NCBI GenBank assembly: GCA_965198225.1
Contig: CBDAOY010000005.1
Coordinates: 736,001-800,000 of the forward strand
DNA length: 64,000 nt
Origin: Terriglobia bacterium
GTDB lineage: Bacteria; Acidobacteriota; Terriglobia; 20CM-2-55-15
Direction: 5' to 3'
How positions within the stretch are numbered: the first letter of the stretch is position 1; the number at the start of each line of letters is the position of its first letter. The notes beneath the pieces are model-generated. The model was not told the DNA's origin, did no database searches, and saw only the letters and a program-made list of their open reading frames with translations. Of this stretch, positions 51,363 through 63,716 are shown in pieces. Position numbers and translations under genes: made by a program.

Positions 51363-54300
51363 ATGAAACGTTTACTTGCGGCGTCCTGCATGATTTTGTT
51401 GCTGGGCACCGGAGCATTCGCTCAGACCGGGACGATCTCTGGAACTGTTTCGGACCCAAGCGGAGCGGTGATACCCGGAGTGGAGGTGACGGCCACTCAC
51501 GTAGGGACGAGCCTGTCCCGGACGGTCCTTACTAACGAGCGAGGCGCTTACGTCATACCGTTGGTGCCGATCGGTGGATACACCGTGTCGGCTGTACTGC
51601 CGGGATTCCAGACCGCTATTCGGACGGGCATTGTGCTGAACAACCAGAGCCGGTCCACGGTTAACCTCCAACTTCAAGTGGGGAATTTAGCGGAGACAGT
51701 CACGGTCACGGATTCGGCTCCTCTGATTCAATCGGAAACTTCCTCTATCGGTACTGTAATCGAGAACCGCAGAGTCACGGAGCTCCCACTAAACTCGCGG
51801 AAGTTTCAGGACCTGACGATGCTGGTGCCGGGAGTGCGACCATCCGCCCAGGGCTCGCACAAGGGGTTCCGTGGAGGGATCTCCGTTGCAGGTGCGCGAG
51901 ATGGCCAGACTCGTTTCAGCTTGGATGGCGTCGACATGGTGACCACTGTGGTGCAGGTAACAACGTTCTACCCATCTGTTGATATGATAGAGGAATTCAA
52001 GGTCGACACGAGCACCTATTCCGCCGAATTTGGTCACAACGCAGGTGGTCAGATAAGGGTTACCACAAAGTCGGGGAGCAACCAAGTGCACGGGACCCTC
52101 TTCGAATTTGTGCGGAATGACATCCTCGAGGCGAAGAATTACTTCCATCCTGAGGGTCAGAAAAAGCCCAAATACAGACGCAACAATTTTGGTGCCAGCA
52201 TCGGCGGTCCGATTGTCCGAGACCGAACCTTCTTTTTTGGAAATTACGATGGCCTGTATTTAAGACAAGGCCAGACGCGGTCCTCTACCGTGCCGATTCC
52301 GGCTATGATAGGGGGAGATTTCTCAAGCTCTTCGAAGCCGGTAAAGGATCCGCTGACGGGCAAACCATTTCCGGGCAACATCATTCCGCAGGACCGGATG
52401 TCCCCCATCGGGAAGACGATCGCTAGCCAATATCCCGCGCCTAATCTCGCCGGAACAGTACGCAACTTCGTTGCATCCCCGATTCTCACTCGGGATGTTT
52501 ACCAGTTCACGGGTAAGATCGATCACCGATTTTCCGATAACAATAATTTGAGTGTGCGTTACACGTTCAATAACAGCAATCAGATCGACCCCTACAACTG
52601 GAGTAGCATGACCAACCTGCCCGGTTACGGGCGAACGGATTATGAGCGGACGATGAATGTCGCGATTTCGGACACGAAGGTATTTAGTCCGACGTTGGTC
52701 GGGGAACTGCGGATCGGATACAACCGTTACACGCAGGTTAGGACGAATCTTGTCCTCGAAGACATCCCGGCGCAGTGGGGTATCACGGGCACGACCAAGA
52801 GCCCAAATCCACGCGACCATGGAGTTCCGGCCATTCGCGTTTCGGGATTCGAATCGATCGGTAAGTTCAATATTCCATCGGATCGCACCGATATCATCTA
52901 CCAGATTGCCGCGAGTCTCAACTACACCAAGGGGGACCACAGCATCAAAGTGGGTGGAGATGCATGGCAGGCTGGAAGCATGCGGATGAACAATGGCGGT
53001 GGCCGAGGGGAATTCCGGTTTACCGGGACATATACGGGTCATGGATTGGGGGATCTCCTCCTGGGATACCCACGACAGACCAAACGCCGCCTAGGCGACA
53101 GCCGGAACCCGATGTGGCACGAGTTCTTTTCCCTATACCTCCACGACGATTGGAAGGTGACGTCGCGTTTGACCCTGAATTTGGGCGTCCGTTATGACGT
53201 GGGTACCACTAATCGGAGCGCACATGACCGTTTGGCCCGTTTCAATCCCGACACTGGAAACATCGAAATTGCGGGAGTTGCCAGTACGCGCCGGGATATT
53301 GACCGGGTGGACAACCCACTGAGCGTCCACTACCGCCCGGAGCTGGCCGAGCTTGCCGCGACGATTCCGATGGTCGATCTGGGGAAGCGGAGCCTTTACA
53401 CTTTTGACCGTAATGACATCGCTCTGCGTCTGGGTCTGGCCTACGGGTTATCAGATCGTATGGCTCTGCGGGCCGGTTGGGGAGTTTTTTACGACCAGGC
53501 CATAGGCAGCAAGGGGGGCAACCACGGGGGGTGGAAGAGTTTCCCATTTTTCATTCAGCAGGATTTTGATGGCGGGCTCAAATTCTCAAACGCAATCTCG
53601 ATGGATGATCCGTTCCCAAGGCGCCTTGCGAAGTCAGCCGTCAGTCCGTCGAGTTCGACCCCTCATTATCGGACCCCTTACGTGCAGCATTACAACTTTG
53701 GAATCCAGTACGAGCCCGCGAACGATATCCTCGTCGACATGGCCTATGTGGGCAGCACTTCGAGGAAGCTGTATGAAAGCCGAAACATAAATCAGCCGAT
53801 TCGTATGTCGGCCACGGAATCCATCGGTTCGCGGCGGCCTTATCAGGGCTTCGGCAACATCAGCTGGGGCGATTCAGTAGCTCCCGCTGTCTTCAACTCG
53901 CTCCAGGCGAGAGTCGAGTCACGGAACGTGGAAGGTTTCACTCTGGCCGGAGCCTATACGTTCGCGAAGTGGATGGACAGATTTCGGGACGGCGCAGGCG
54001 ATGCCTGGGCTCCCAATAATTACGACATCCACGGAACGATGTGGGGGCCAGCGAGCAATGATATTCGCCACCGGTTGGTGATTAGCTACGTCTACGAGGT
54101 GCCTTCTTCAGGCCGCTCGGGGATCGGCTCCTGGTTCATCGACGGGTGGGAATTCTCCGGGATCACCAGCTTACAGTCGGGACCGCCGTTTACCGTCAAG
54201 CTGAACAAGGATGTAAGCAACAACGGTGTACGCAATGATCGTCCGAACTTAGTCGGTGACCCCGTGTTGCCCAAAAGCCAGCGGTCGGTGGATGCCTGGT

Positions 54301-54581
54301 ACAATACGGACGCATTCTCCATCCCTGCGCGGGGGACCTATGGGGACCTGGGTCGCAATACGCTGAGGGGACCAGGTTACAGGAAGATCGATTTTGCGTT
54401 TATCAAGAAAAACCAGATCGGCGATACCTCGGAACTCCAGTTCCGTATAGAAGCGTTCAACGCGTTCAATCGTACCAACTTTCATCTCCCTAACAACAAA
54501 GTCGATACTTCGTCGGCCGGCCACATTTTCACGGCTGCTGAGGGGCGACAGTTTCAATTCGGGTTAAAACTCGTTTTCTGA
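51363..54581 (+). CDS. TonB-dependent receptor (carboxypeptidase-regulatory N-domain, Oar-like)
   Basis: GGAGG RBS, signal peptide, GTISGTVSDPSGAVIPGVEV, TKSGSNQVHG, GGPIVRDRTFFF, C-terminal RQFQFGLKLVF. Confidence 0.92.
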   Translation: MKRLLAASCMILLLGTGAFAQTGTISGTVSDPSGAVIPGVEVTATHVGTSLSRTVLTNERGAYVIPLVPIGGYTVSAVLPGFQTAIRTGIVLNNQSRSTVNLQLQVGNLAETVTVTDSAPLIQSETSSIGTVIENRRVTELPLNSRKFQDLTMLVPGVRPSAQGSHKGFRGGISVAGARDGQTRFSLDGVDMVTTVVQVTTFYPSVDMIEEFKVDTSTYSAEFGHNAGGQIRVTTKSGSNQVHGTLFEFVRNDILEAKNYFHPEGQKKPKYRRNNFGASIGGPIVRDRTFFFGNYDGLYLRQGQTRSSTVPIPAMIGGDFSSSSKPVKDPLTGKPFPGNIIPQDRMSPIGKTIASQYPAPNLAGTVRNFVASPILTRDVYQFTGKIDHRFSDNNNLSVRYTFNNSNQIDPYNWSSMTNLPGYGRTDYERTMNVAISDTKVFSPTLVGELRIGYNRYTQVRTNLVLEDIPAQWGITGTTKSPNPRDHGVPAIRVSGFESIGKFNIPSDRTDIIYQIAASLNYTKGDHSIKVGGDAWQAGSMRMNNGGGRGEFRFTGTYTGHGLGDLLLGYPRQTKRRLGDSRNPMWHEFFSLYLHDDWKVTSRLTLNLGVRYDVGTTNRSAHDRLARFNPDTGNIEIAGVASTRRDIDRVDNPLSVHYRPELAELAATIPMVDLGKRSLYTFDRNDIALRLGLAYGLSDRMALRAGWGVFYDQAIGSKGGNHGGWKSFPFFIQQDFDGGLKFSNAISMDDPFPRRLAKSAVSPSSSTPHYRTPYVQHYNFGIQYEPANDILVDMAYVGSTSRKLYESRNINQPIRMSATESIGSRRPYQGFGNISWGDSVAPAVFNSLQARVESRNVEGFTLAGAYTFAKWMDRFRDGAGDAWAPNNYDIHGTMWGPASNDIRHRLVISYVYEVPSSGRSGIGSWFIDGWEFSGITSLQSGPPFTVKLNKDVSNNGVRNDRPNLVGDPVLPKSQRSVDAWYNTDAFSIPARGTYGDLGRNTLRGPGYRKIDFAFIKKNQIGDTSELQFRIEAFNAFNRTNFHLPNNKVDTSSAGHIFTAAEGRQFQFGLKLVF

Positions 54582-54698
54582 TTTCTCTGAATTACCACCA
54601 ACACGGCCCTGCGAGCCCATGTGGGCCGCAGGGCCGACCTCCCATAGCTGAAGATCCAGCCGGAGCCGAGCGAAGGCTATCCCTCATTTTGATATTAG

Positions 54699-55325
<627 letters not shown>

Positions 55326-55329
55326 TTCC

Positions 55330-55570
55330 ATGCTCGTGAAGCTTGACGAGAATCTCGGCCGTTCCCACGTTGCGCTGCTGTTAGAGGCAGGCCATCAAAC
55401 AGACCGAGTGCATGATCAGGGCCTTTCAGGAGCGGCTGATCCGGTTGTCTGGGAGCGTGTTTCTAGCGAAGGACGGTTCTTCATCACCATGGATTTGGGC
55501 TTTGCCGATGTTCGCCGGTACAAGCCCGGATCTCATCCCGGGATCTTGCTCCTGCGCGCACGCAATCGGA
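55330..55570 (+). pseudogene. DUF5615 PIN-like toxin, 3'-truncated
   Basis: KLDENL, GLSGAAD, FITMDLGF, HPGILLLR, then homology stops at the VirD4 junction. Confidence 0.75.
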
Positions 55571-57256
55571 GCCGACCCCTTATGGCTCACCGTCCCGGAG
55601 CGGGGCTTGTATACCGGAGTCGCCATTTTCGGAGCGGTCGGATCGGGGAAAACCTCGGCTTGCATGCACCCGTTCGCCTCGCAGCTTCTCGGCTGGCAAG
55701 CCGAGAATTCACAGAAGCGGGCGACCGCTCTGGTGCTGGAAGTGAAGGGCGATTTCTGCCACGACATACGCCGGATTCTCACCGACGCGGGCCGGGGATC
55801 GGATTACCTCGAGTTGAGCATGGACGGGCCTTGGCGCTGGAATCCCCTCTCGGCAACGTGGCTGGATTCCTACTCGCTGGCTTACACCGTTTCCAGCTTG
55901 CTCAACCAGTTGTTCGGCAAGGGCAAGGACCCGTTCTGGCAGCAAGCCTATACGAATGTCGTCCGCTGGGTGATCGAGCTTCACCGGGCGTTGCCCGGAG
56001 GCTGGGTCACGTTGCAGGACGTTTACCGGTGCACGATCAGCCCGGACGAGCTCAAGCGAAAGATCGAACAGGCCGAGATGTGGGCCGGTCGGAACCATAA
56101 GCGCTGGCTGCAAATATCGGCGGAAGCGTTTGGGAAACAGAGCGAGGCGTTGTCGGAGTGGAACTGGACCCCTGCCGGGGACACGCTGGAATATCTCCGG
56201 GCCAATTTTTCGCCGGAACTGAAAGCCACACTCGAAAAGCTAAAGATTGGGGCCGAGGGAAAATGGACCGGCTACGCCGACGCCGAAGCCCTGGAGCGCG
56301 TGACGGCAATCAAACGCCGGCACGATAACGACTGGTTGCAGCTGGATCACAAGGTCCGCACTTCCGTTGTTGAAGGCGTGGCTGTCTTCCTGTCCATGTT
56401 CGATCTCCCCGAAGTGGCGCGTGTGTTCTGTCCGCCCCCGCCCCCGACAGGGGAGGCGGAGCCGGGGCCGGAGGAACCAGTCACGAGCGGCGGCGGACTC
56501 GGAGCGCTGACAATCAGACGCCATCTGCCCCCGCTCGATGAACTGATCGAGGACGGGAAGGTGCTGGCCCTGAACATGCCGGTCGGAACCAATCCGGCGC
56601 TGGCCCGCGCCATCGGCGTGATGCTCAAGAACGCATGGCTCCAATCCCTCTTGCGGCGTCCGGCATGGAGGAAGGAATCGCCGGAGCGCTACTTCCGTCC
56701 CGCCGTCTTCATGTGCGACGAGTATCAATCGTTCGCCTCGGTCGGCGAGGACGACCCATCGGGCGATGAAAAAGCGTTCGCTCTCACCCGCCAATGCCGC
56801 GTCATTCCGATTGTCGCCACCCAATCTATTTCCTCTCTGCGGTCGGTGCTGGGGAGTTCAGAGGCGTGGCGGACCCTGCTTCAGACGTTGCGGACCCGGA
56901 TTTTCCTGTCCCTGAGCGATGACGCCTCGGCCCGCATCGCATCGGAGTTGTGCGGCCAGGTGGCGAAGATCAAGGGATCGTACACGATCAGCGAATCGTC
57001 GAAGCGGGCCGGAATCTCCCCGCTGTCGGGACGCGCCGGGGGCGGGGGCGGACACATCGGGGCCACGAAATCCTTTCAGGAGCGCCGGGAGGCCGTCTTT
57101 CATCCACGGGACTTCGCCCTGCTCTCGAACTGCCAGGCGATCTGTCTCCCCTATGACGGGGCGCAGTCGCTTGAACCCCGGCGTGTCTATCTCAAACCGC
57201 ACTACCTTCCCCGCGATGAATCCTATTGGGCGGCGTGGCGGGCCGGGCAGATATGA
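55570..57256 (+). pseudogene. VirD4/TraD-like type IV coupling ATPase lacking its N-terminal anchor
   Basis: WLTVPERGLYTG, Walker A GAVGSGKT, LEVKGD, Walker B FMCDEYQ, IVATQSISSL. Upstream codons are PIN-gene DNA. Confidence 0.8.
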
Positions 57257-58239
57257 GCGGGGCCAGCGGACTGGAATATCTTAAGCCGTTCCTGCCGGGA
57301 CTGGAACCCGTGCTGGCGGACCCGGACGTGAGCGAGATCATGATTAACGGCCCGGATAACGTCTGGATCGAGCGGGACGGGAAGCTCGAACCCCATGCGG
57401 CCCCCCGGCTCGACCAGAGAGCGCTCGAACGGGCGGCCATCCATATCGCGCGGCCTCTCGGTCTGGACCCGGCGCAAAACCCCATTGTGGACGCACGGCT
57501 CGAAGACGGATCGCGCGTGGCGATATCGGTCCCCCCGGCCAGACCCAGGGTGGCCATCACCGTCCGGCGGTTCGGCAAACGGAGCTTTTCGCCCGAGGAT
57601 CTGGTGCGGATGGGCTCGCTGCCCGGCGCAGTACTGGACCAGGCGCGGGCCGTGCTGCAGGGGCGGCAAAACATCCTGGTCTCGGGCGGGACAGGATCGG
57701 GCAAGACCACCCTGCTCAACGCGCTGATCGAACTGCTGCCCGAAGACGAACGCATTGTCGCTATCGAGGACACGCTGGAGCTTCGCATTGAGCAGTCGAA
57801 TTGCGTCCGCTTCGAGGCTCGCGGCTTGCAGGAAGGAGCGGTGACGATCCGGGACCTGGTGCGCCACGCACTGCGGCACCGCCCGGATCATATCGTGGTC
57901 GGTGAGGTCCGGGGCGGGGAGGCCGCCGATCTGCTCCAGGCGCTCAACACCGGACATGGCGGCTCACTCACCACCCTCCACGCCAATAATGCCGAGTCCG
58001 CCCTGTCCCGGCTGGCCAGTTGCGCCATGCAGGGCGGCGGGGATCTTCCGTGGGAAGTCACCTGTAGGGGTGTGACGGACGGAATCTCGATGGTGATTCA
58101 CATGACACGGAGCGAGGGACAGCGGTACGTGGAAGAAGCGCTCCACGTCGGCGATTACGACGTGGACAAGCGGCGGTGGGACTCCAGGCCCGTGCCCTTC
58201 CCGACTTCACCCACACCACTCAGAGAGGTAAAGCCATGA
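57253..58239 (+). CDS. VirB11/CpaF family secretion ATPase
   Basis: VSEIMING, VDARLEDGSRV, GGTGSGKTT, IEDTLEL, LRHRPDHIVVGEVRG, NTGHGGSLTTLHAN. Confidence 0.9.
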   Translation: MSGASGLEYLKPFLPGLEPVLADPDVSEIMINGPDNVWIERDGKLEPHAAPRLDQRALERAAIHIARPLGLDPAQNPIVDARLEDGSRVAISVPPARPRVAITVRRFGKRSFSPEDLVRMGSLPGAVLDQARAVLQGRQNILVSGGTGSGKTTLLNALIELLPEDERIVAIEDTLELRIEQSNCVRFEARGLQEGAVTIRDLVRHALRHRPDHIVVGEVRGGEAADLLQALNTGHGGSLTTLHANNAESALSRLASCAMQGGGDLPWEVTCRGVTDGISMVIHMTRSEGQRYVEEALHVGDYDVDKRRWDSRPVPFPTSPTPLREVKP

Positions 58240-58739
58240 TGACAACAGCGCAGCGATTGCGGAAGCAACGGGCCGCATGGATCGGCGGGTTGATGTGTCT
58301 GGCCGGGATTCTGGCGCTGGCCGCTCAACAGGCTCCAGTCACCGCCCAGGTCGAGCGGGTGATCGATGGAGATACGCTCGTTGTGCGGCATGCAGGCGAG
58401 AGTTACACCATCCGGCTCATCGGAGCCGACACCCCGGAGACGGTCGATCCCACCCGGCCCGTCGAGTATTTCGGGGCGGAAGCATCCGCTTTCACCAGGG
58501 CACGGCTGGACGGCCTGACGGTGCTCCTGGTGCCCGACCGTACCGGAGACACACGGGACGCCTACGGGCGGCTATTGCGGCATGTCTATCTCGGAGGCGG
58601 TGAGAACTTCAATGCCATTCTGATCCGCGAAGGCTACGCCCACGCGATTCGCGGTTTCGACTACGCCACGCGGCGGGAGTTCATTGCCCTTGAGAATCAG
58701 GCCCGCGCCGGGGGCCGGGGCTTGTGGGGCCGCCGATGA
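58236..58739 (+). CDS. Thermonuclease (SNase) family secreted nuclease
   Basis: VIDGDT, IRLIGADTPET, DAYGRLLRHVY, AGGRGLW; N-terminal hydrophobic segment. Confidence 0.9.
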   Translation: MMTTAQRLRKQRAAWIGGLMCLAGILALAAQQAPVTAQVERVIDGDTLVVRHAGESYTIRLIGADTPETVDPTRPVEYFGAEASAFTRARLDGLTVLLVPDRTGDTRDAYGRLLRHVYLGGGENFNAILIREGYAHAIRGFDYATRREFIALENQARAGGRGLWGRR

Positions 58740-58834
58740 ATCCAACCGGGCTTTGTCGGCTACTCCAATTCCGGCGAAGGTCCGTATGCCATCGGAATGG
58801 CTACGGTCTTAATAATCGGACGGGCCGCCACCAA

Positions 58835-61800
58835 ATGAACATGGCTGCGGGGCGCATCTTGCTAATTCTTTCAATTGCGGCCGGTGCCAGCCAGGTCGCG
58901 GCCGCTCAAACCCCTCAACTAAGTATCAGCTCCAGCACGTCGACGCTGGAGCGCGGGGACAACGCCACGATCACCGTCAGCGTCCCGGCCGGGTCGGAGC
59001 CCACGAGCAATCTGACCGTGAGTTTTTCCTTTGGGGGAACTGCGACGCGTGGCGGAGTCGGGCTTGGCGATTACCAGATGACCGGGTCAGGTCACTATTA
59101 CCGCAGGCGAAAGCACGGCGACTCAGACGCTCTCAACGTGGACAAGATCCGGGTGGCACCCCGAGGAAACAATCATCCTCACGGCCAGTGCGACGGGGTA
59201 CCAAGACAGCAGCTCGCTCACCCTCACCCTCGAACACGGCGACCCTCCGTTATACGTCACCGCTGGATCGACCACTCTTATAGAGGGCAGCAGTACGACC
59301 ATTACTGTCCGTATCGAAAGCGCGGCACCCGCGCCCGGGTCTAACGTGACAGTGAGTTTCTCCTTCGGGGGAACTGCAAGCGAAGGATGCCCGGCAAGCC
59401 CGATCCACAGCTTCGATTACTGTATGGACGACTCGCTGACAATTCTAGCGGGCAACCACTCGGCCAGCACCACCCTCAACACATACCCGCAGGGGAACAG
59501 CAGCAACGTGACGGCGGTGATTAGAGCCAGCGCCGCGGGATATCAAAGCCGCTCCCGGACCATCACCATCCGGCCGACGCCATCCTTGACGCTGACGGCG
59601 GCGGATTCCAGCGTGTCCGAGCCCGATGGCACCACAACCCTCACCGTCAGTGTTCCCAGCGGCGACGAGCCCAGCAGCAACCTTTCCGTCTCGTTGACTC
59701 ACTCCGGTTCGGCCACCCACACCGACGACTACACCGTCGGCACGCTCACCATCGCGGCGGGACAAAGCTCGGAGACCGCCACGCTCACCGTTACCGACGA
59801 TTCCACCTATGAAGGCAACCAGACGATCCGGCTTCGGGCCAGCGCCACCGGCTATACGACGAGCGCGATTCTTTCGATTACCCTCGCGGATGACGACCCC
59901 GAACCGGAGCCGGACCCGGCTACCTTAACGCTCACTGCCGCCCCGTCCACCGTCTCCGAACCCTTCGGGAGCACGACCCTCACCGTGAGCGTTCCCAGCG
60001 GCGACGAGCCCAGCAGCAACCTGACCGTCTCGCTGACTCACTCCGGTTCGGCCGCCCACCCGGATGACTACACAGTGGGGACATTGACCATCGCGGCTGG
60101 GCAGCGGACAGGCACCGCGACCCTGACAGCCGCCGATGATTCCACCTATGAAGGGAATGAGACGATTCGGCTCCGGGCCTCCGCCACCGGCTATACCAAC
60201 AGCACGTTTGTATCGATCACGCTGAGCGATGACGACACCGCCACGTTGAGCCTGGCCGCCGCCGATACCAGAGTCTCCGAACCGAGCGGCGCGACCACCC
60301 TGACCGTTAGCATCCCGACGGGACAGGAACCCGGTAGTGACCTCACCGTTACGCTGACCCATTTCGGCTCGGCCGCCAACTCCGACGACTACACCGTCGC
60401 CACGTTGACCATCCTGGCCAGCCAGGGTTCGGGGACCGCGACGCTCAGCGTTGTGGACGACAGTGCTGTTGAGGGAGATGAAACGATTACGCTGGTAGCC
60501 TCCGCCACCGGGTATACCGACAGCGCGTCCCTGTCGCTGACCCTCACCGACAACGACGGCACTCCATTGACCTTGACCGCCGCCGATACCAGCGTGGCCG
60601 AGCCGGACGGGACGACGACTCTAACCGTCAGCGTTCCCACCGGCGCGGAACCGAGCAGCGACCTCAGCGTGACGTTGACCCACACGGGGAGCGCCGTACA
60701 GTCCACCGACTACACCGTCGGCACGCTCACCATCGCGGCGGGTCAGAGCTCCGGCACCGCCACGCTCAGCGTTGCCGACGACAGCGCTTTTGAGGGAGAT
60801 GAAACAATTACCCTGGTGGCCTCCGCCACCGGGTACACCTCCAGCACGGCGCTCTCGATCACCCTGAGCGATGACGATGCCCCTTCGTTGAGCCTGGCCG
60901 CGGCCGATACCAGCGTCTCCGAACCGAGCGGCGCGACCACCTTGACCGTGAGCGTTCCCGCGGGCGCGGAACCGAGTAGCGACTTGGCCGTTACGCTGAC
61001 CCATTCCGGCTCCGCCACGCATCCTGATGACTACACCGTCGCGGCGCTGACCATCCTGGCGGGACAGAGCTCGAGGACCGCCACGCTCACCGTCGTCGAT
61101 GATTCCACCTATGAAGGGGACGAGACGATCCAGCTCACAGCCTCCGCCACCGGCTATACCGACAGCGCGTCCCTGTCGCTGACCCTCACCGATGACGACG
61201 GCGCGGCGTTGACGTTGATCTCCAATGCCACGACGTTCGAGCGCGGTGAGAACGCGACAATCACCATCCGCGTCCCCGCTGGCGCGGAGCTCACCACCGA
61301 CTTGACCGTCACGTTTGCCTTCGGCGGCACGGCCACACGCGGGGGCTCCGGGCGCGGGGATTACCAGGTCAACGGTTTACTCACCATTCCGGCGGGACTC
61401 GCCTCTGCGAGTACAACGCTGCTGACGTGGCAACGAGGGGGCTGGGACGACGAGGATACGATTGTCATCATAGCCAGTGCCACCGGATATACGACCAGCA
61501 GCCCGCTCACCCTCACTCTCCTCGGCGACGCCGAGCCGCCGTTATACGTCATTCCCGAGGCGACTACGCTCATCGCCGGAAATAGTACGGCGATCACTGT
61601 TTGGATCGACACGGCCGCGCCCGCACCCGAGTCCGACGTGACGGTGACCCTCTCCTTCGGGGGAACGGCAAACAGAGGCTGTTCGCAAGGCGCGGTTGCA
61701 CCCTTCGATTATTGCGCCCCCGGCTTGCTCACGATTGCCGCGGCAGCGATTGACCGCCTGGTATACCACAGCGTCATTCTGGAATTGAATCTCTCCAGCT

Positions 61801-61844
61801 ACCGCATGGAAGCCGCAAAGAAATCGAAAGGACGAAAAAAATGA
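58835..61844 (+). pseudogene. Calx-beta-like repeat surface protein/adhesin; frameshift near 59090; C-terminus replaced by IstB tail
   Basis: Signal peptide; five ~110-aa repeats (GSAT..DDYTVGTLTIAAG...DDS.YEG.ETI.L.ASATGY); ends AAAIDRLVYHSVILELN. Confidence 0.8.
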
Positions 61845-62029
61845 TGGCGACGCGCCTGTGGAAAACGCCGCATCCGTGGAAATCCGCAAAAACACGGATT
61901 CCCACCGCTGCTTGGAAAAGCCTGCGGCTTTACCACGTTTCCCACAGGCTCGACGGTGAAGGAAACTCTCTACTCGAATCGGGAATTTTCTTTGTCGTTA
62001 GGGGCGGGAATTTTGATTGACGTTGGACA
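61738..62029 (+). mobile_element. IS21 3' remnant (istB tail, structured non-coding end, terminus ...TTGGACA)
   Basis: Matches the reverse complement of 38857-39070 and 37542-37573. Confidence 0.85.
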
Positions 62030-62198
62030 CCCCGCAGAACTGGCGCTTCTCATATAGCGGAAGCGGTGGCGGGAATTACTCCAGGAGGGTCACACACGGA
62101 CCCTTAGAGTAATTTTTCGCACGGCTGCCGCTCGGGGTCCGGGAATAGACGCCCGTGGTTCCCCTGCCTTGTCCGGGAACACGGGAGAATGAAAAGCC

Positions 62199-63200
62199 AT
62201 GAAGCGTAAGCGAGACGGATTGGTTCCGATCGGTGATGCCCTCTCCGGCCTGGATGACGGGCCGGGCCAGGAGCTCCGCCCATCACCGCCGCGGCGGCGG
62301 AGCTTCACCATTGCCGATCAAGTGGACCAGTTGATCGGGGTCAGCGAAAGAGACCCCGATATGGGTTTCATGGCGCGAATGCTGGCGTTGTGCAGCTTGC
62401 CCCGCGCCAACCCCGGCAACCAGAAGGAATACCAACGCCTCAACGGCACGTACAAGCTGGTCATATTTTCAAGCGGTGAGACCAAACTCCCCTACGGAAA
62501 TATTTCCCGCCTGCTGCTGGCTTGGCTTTGCACGGAGGCGGTACGCACTCAAAGCCATGTGCTGATCCTCGGTTCTTCGCTTTCCGAGTTCATGCGCAAG
62601 CTGGGTATCACCAGCACTGACGGGAGAACCCAATCGAGGCTCTGCAACCAGATGGACCGCCTGTTCAACGCACACGTTTCGCTGATCTACTCGGATGAGC
62701 GCGGCAAGGCCACCGTAAACTCGCGGATCGCCGCCCGCACCGAGCTCTGGTGGGATCCGAAGCGTCTCGATGTGCCGATGCTGTGGGAGAGCAAGATCGA
62801 ACTCAGCGAAGACTTGTTCAATGAGATTGTCAACCGCCCGGTGCCGCTCGACATGAACACCCTCACGGCCCTCAAAAGCTCTTCGCTGTGCCTCGATCTC
62901 TACCTGTGGGTGGCCTACCGGATCTCCACATTGCGCGCTCCGCTCCACATCCCTTGGCCGCAGCTGTACGGCCAGTTCGGGACGGCTCCGGCCAAAGCCA
63001 GCGACAAATTCATCGTTCGGAGCTTCCGCCAAAATGTTCTGCGTGAGTTGAAGAAGATCAAGCTGGCCTGGCCGGAGTTGAACTACACCACGGCTCCGGG
63101 CGTCCTGATCCTGTTGCCTTCGGCCCCGGCCATCGCTCCGGTTCAGCAGCTTTCGCTTGTAGAAAAAGCTTCGAGGGTTCACCCCACGGCGGAAGGATGA
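62199..63200 (+). CDS. repA: Plasmid replication initiator RepA (identical protein to 36371-37372)
   Basis: Same 333-aa translation in the ORF track. Confidence 0.85.
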   Translation: MKRKRDGLVPIGDALSGLDDGPGQELRPSPPRRRSFTIADQVDQLIGVSERDPDMGFMARMLALCSLPRANPGNQKEYQRLNGTYKLVIFSSGETKLPYGNISRLLLAWLCTEAVRTQSHVLILGSSLSEFMRKLGITSTDGRTQSRLCNQMDRLFNAHVSLIYSDERGKATVNSRIAARTELWWDPKRLDVPMLWESKIELSEDLFNEIVNRPVPLDMNTLTALKSSSLCLDLYLWVAYRISTLRAPLHIPWPQLYGQFGTAPAKASDKFIVRSFRQNVLRELKKIKLAWPELNYTTAPGVLILLPSAPAIAPVQQLSLVEKASRVHPTAEG

Positions 63201-63676
63201 AACCGAGAATATCCATCGGAACTTGCCAAAGGGCGATTTCTCTCGTGGAAAGGGCGAGCGCAACCGCCGGTGTTGGCATCCCTGTGATGATCCGTGGGGA
63301 GCAGGTGCTCATCACCAGAGCCCTCCGCGTCCATGGGAAGAACTGGATCTGCGGAGATATCCGGCTTCCGCGCGCCAGCCGGGAAGAACTCACCCGGAAG
63401 GCGCGCGCCATCATTGCAGAAGACGAACGCCAGTTCCTCGAGCGGTTTCCTCCTCTCCCGCCAACGATATCCATCCGGGAGTGCCAGCAAGCGATTGAGA
63501 TTGCTGGAGCCATTTCCATCACTCTTCGGGGTGAGGAGATGCGCATCACCGAGATCGCCACCCGGGATCTCACCAAGTGGGTCAGCGGAGATATCCGGTT
63601 TACGCCCAAAGAGAAGGAACTCCTCACCCAACAGGCCCGCGCCATCCTTGCGGCCAAGGACACGGATCCCAAATAG
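63197..63676 (+). CDS. Hypothetical RepA-coupled repeat protein
   Basis: 159-aa copy of 35886-36374 lacking LAA. Confidence 0.7.
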   Translation: MKPRISIGTCQRAISLVERASATAGVGIPVMIRGEQVLITRALRVHGKNWICGDIRLPRASREELTRKARAIIAEDERQFLERFPPLPPTISIRECQQAIEIAGAISITLRGEEMRITEIATRDLTKWVSGDIRFTPKEKELLTQQARAILAAKDTDPK

Positions 63677-63716
63677 CCCGCGCAGCGGGTGTCCGCAAGC
63701 TGCGGTCAGGCATCGG

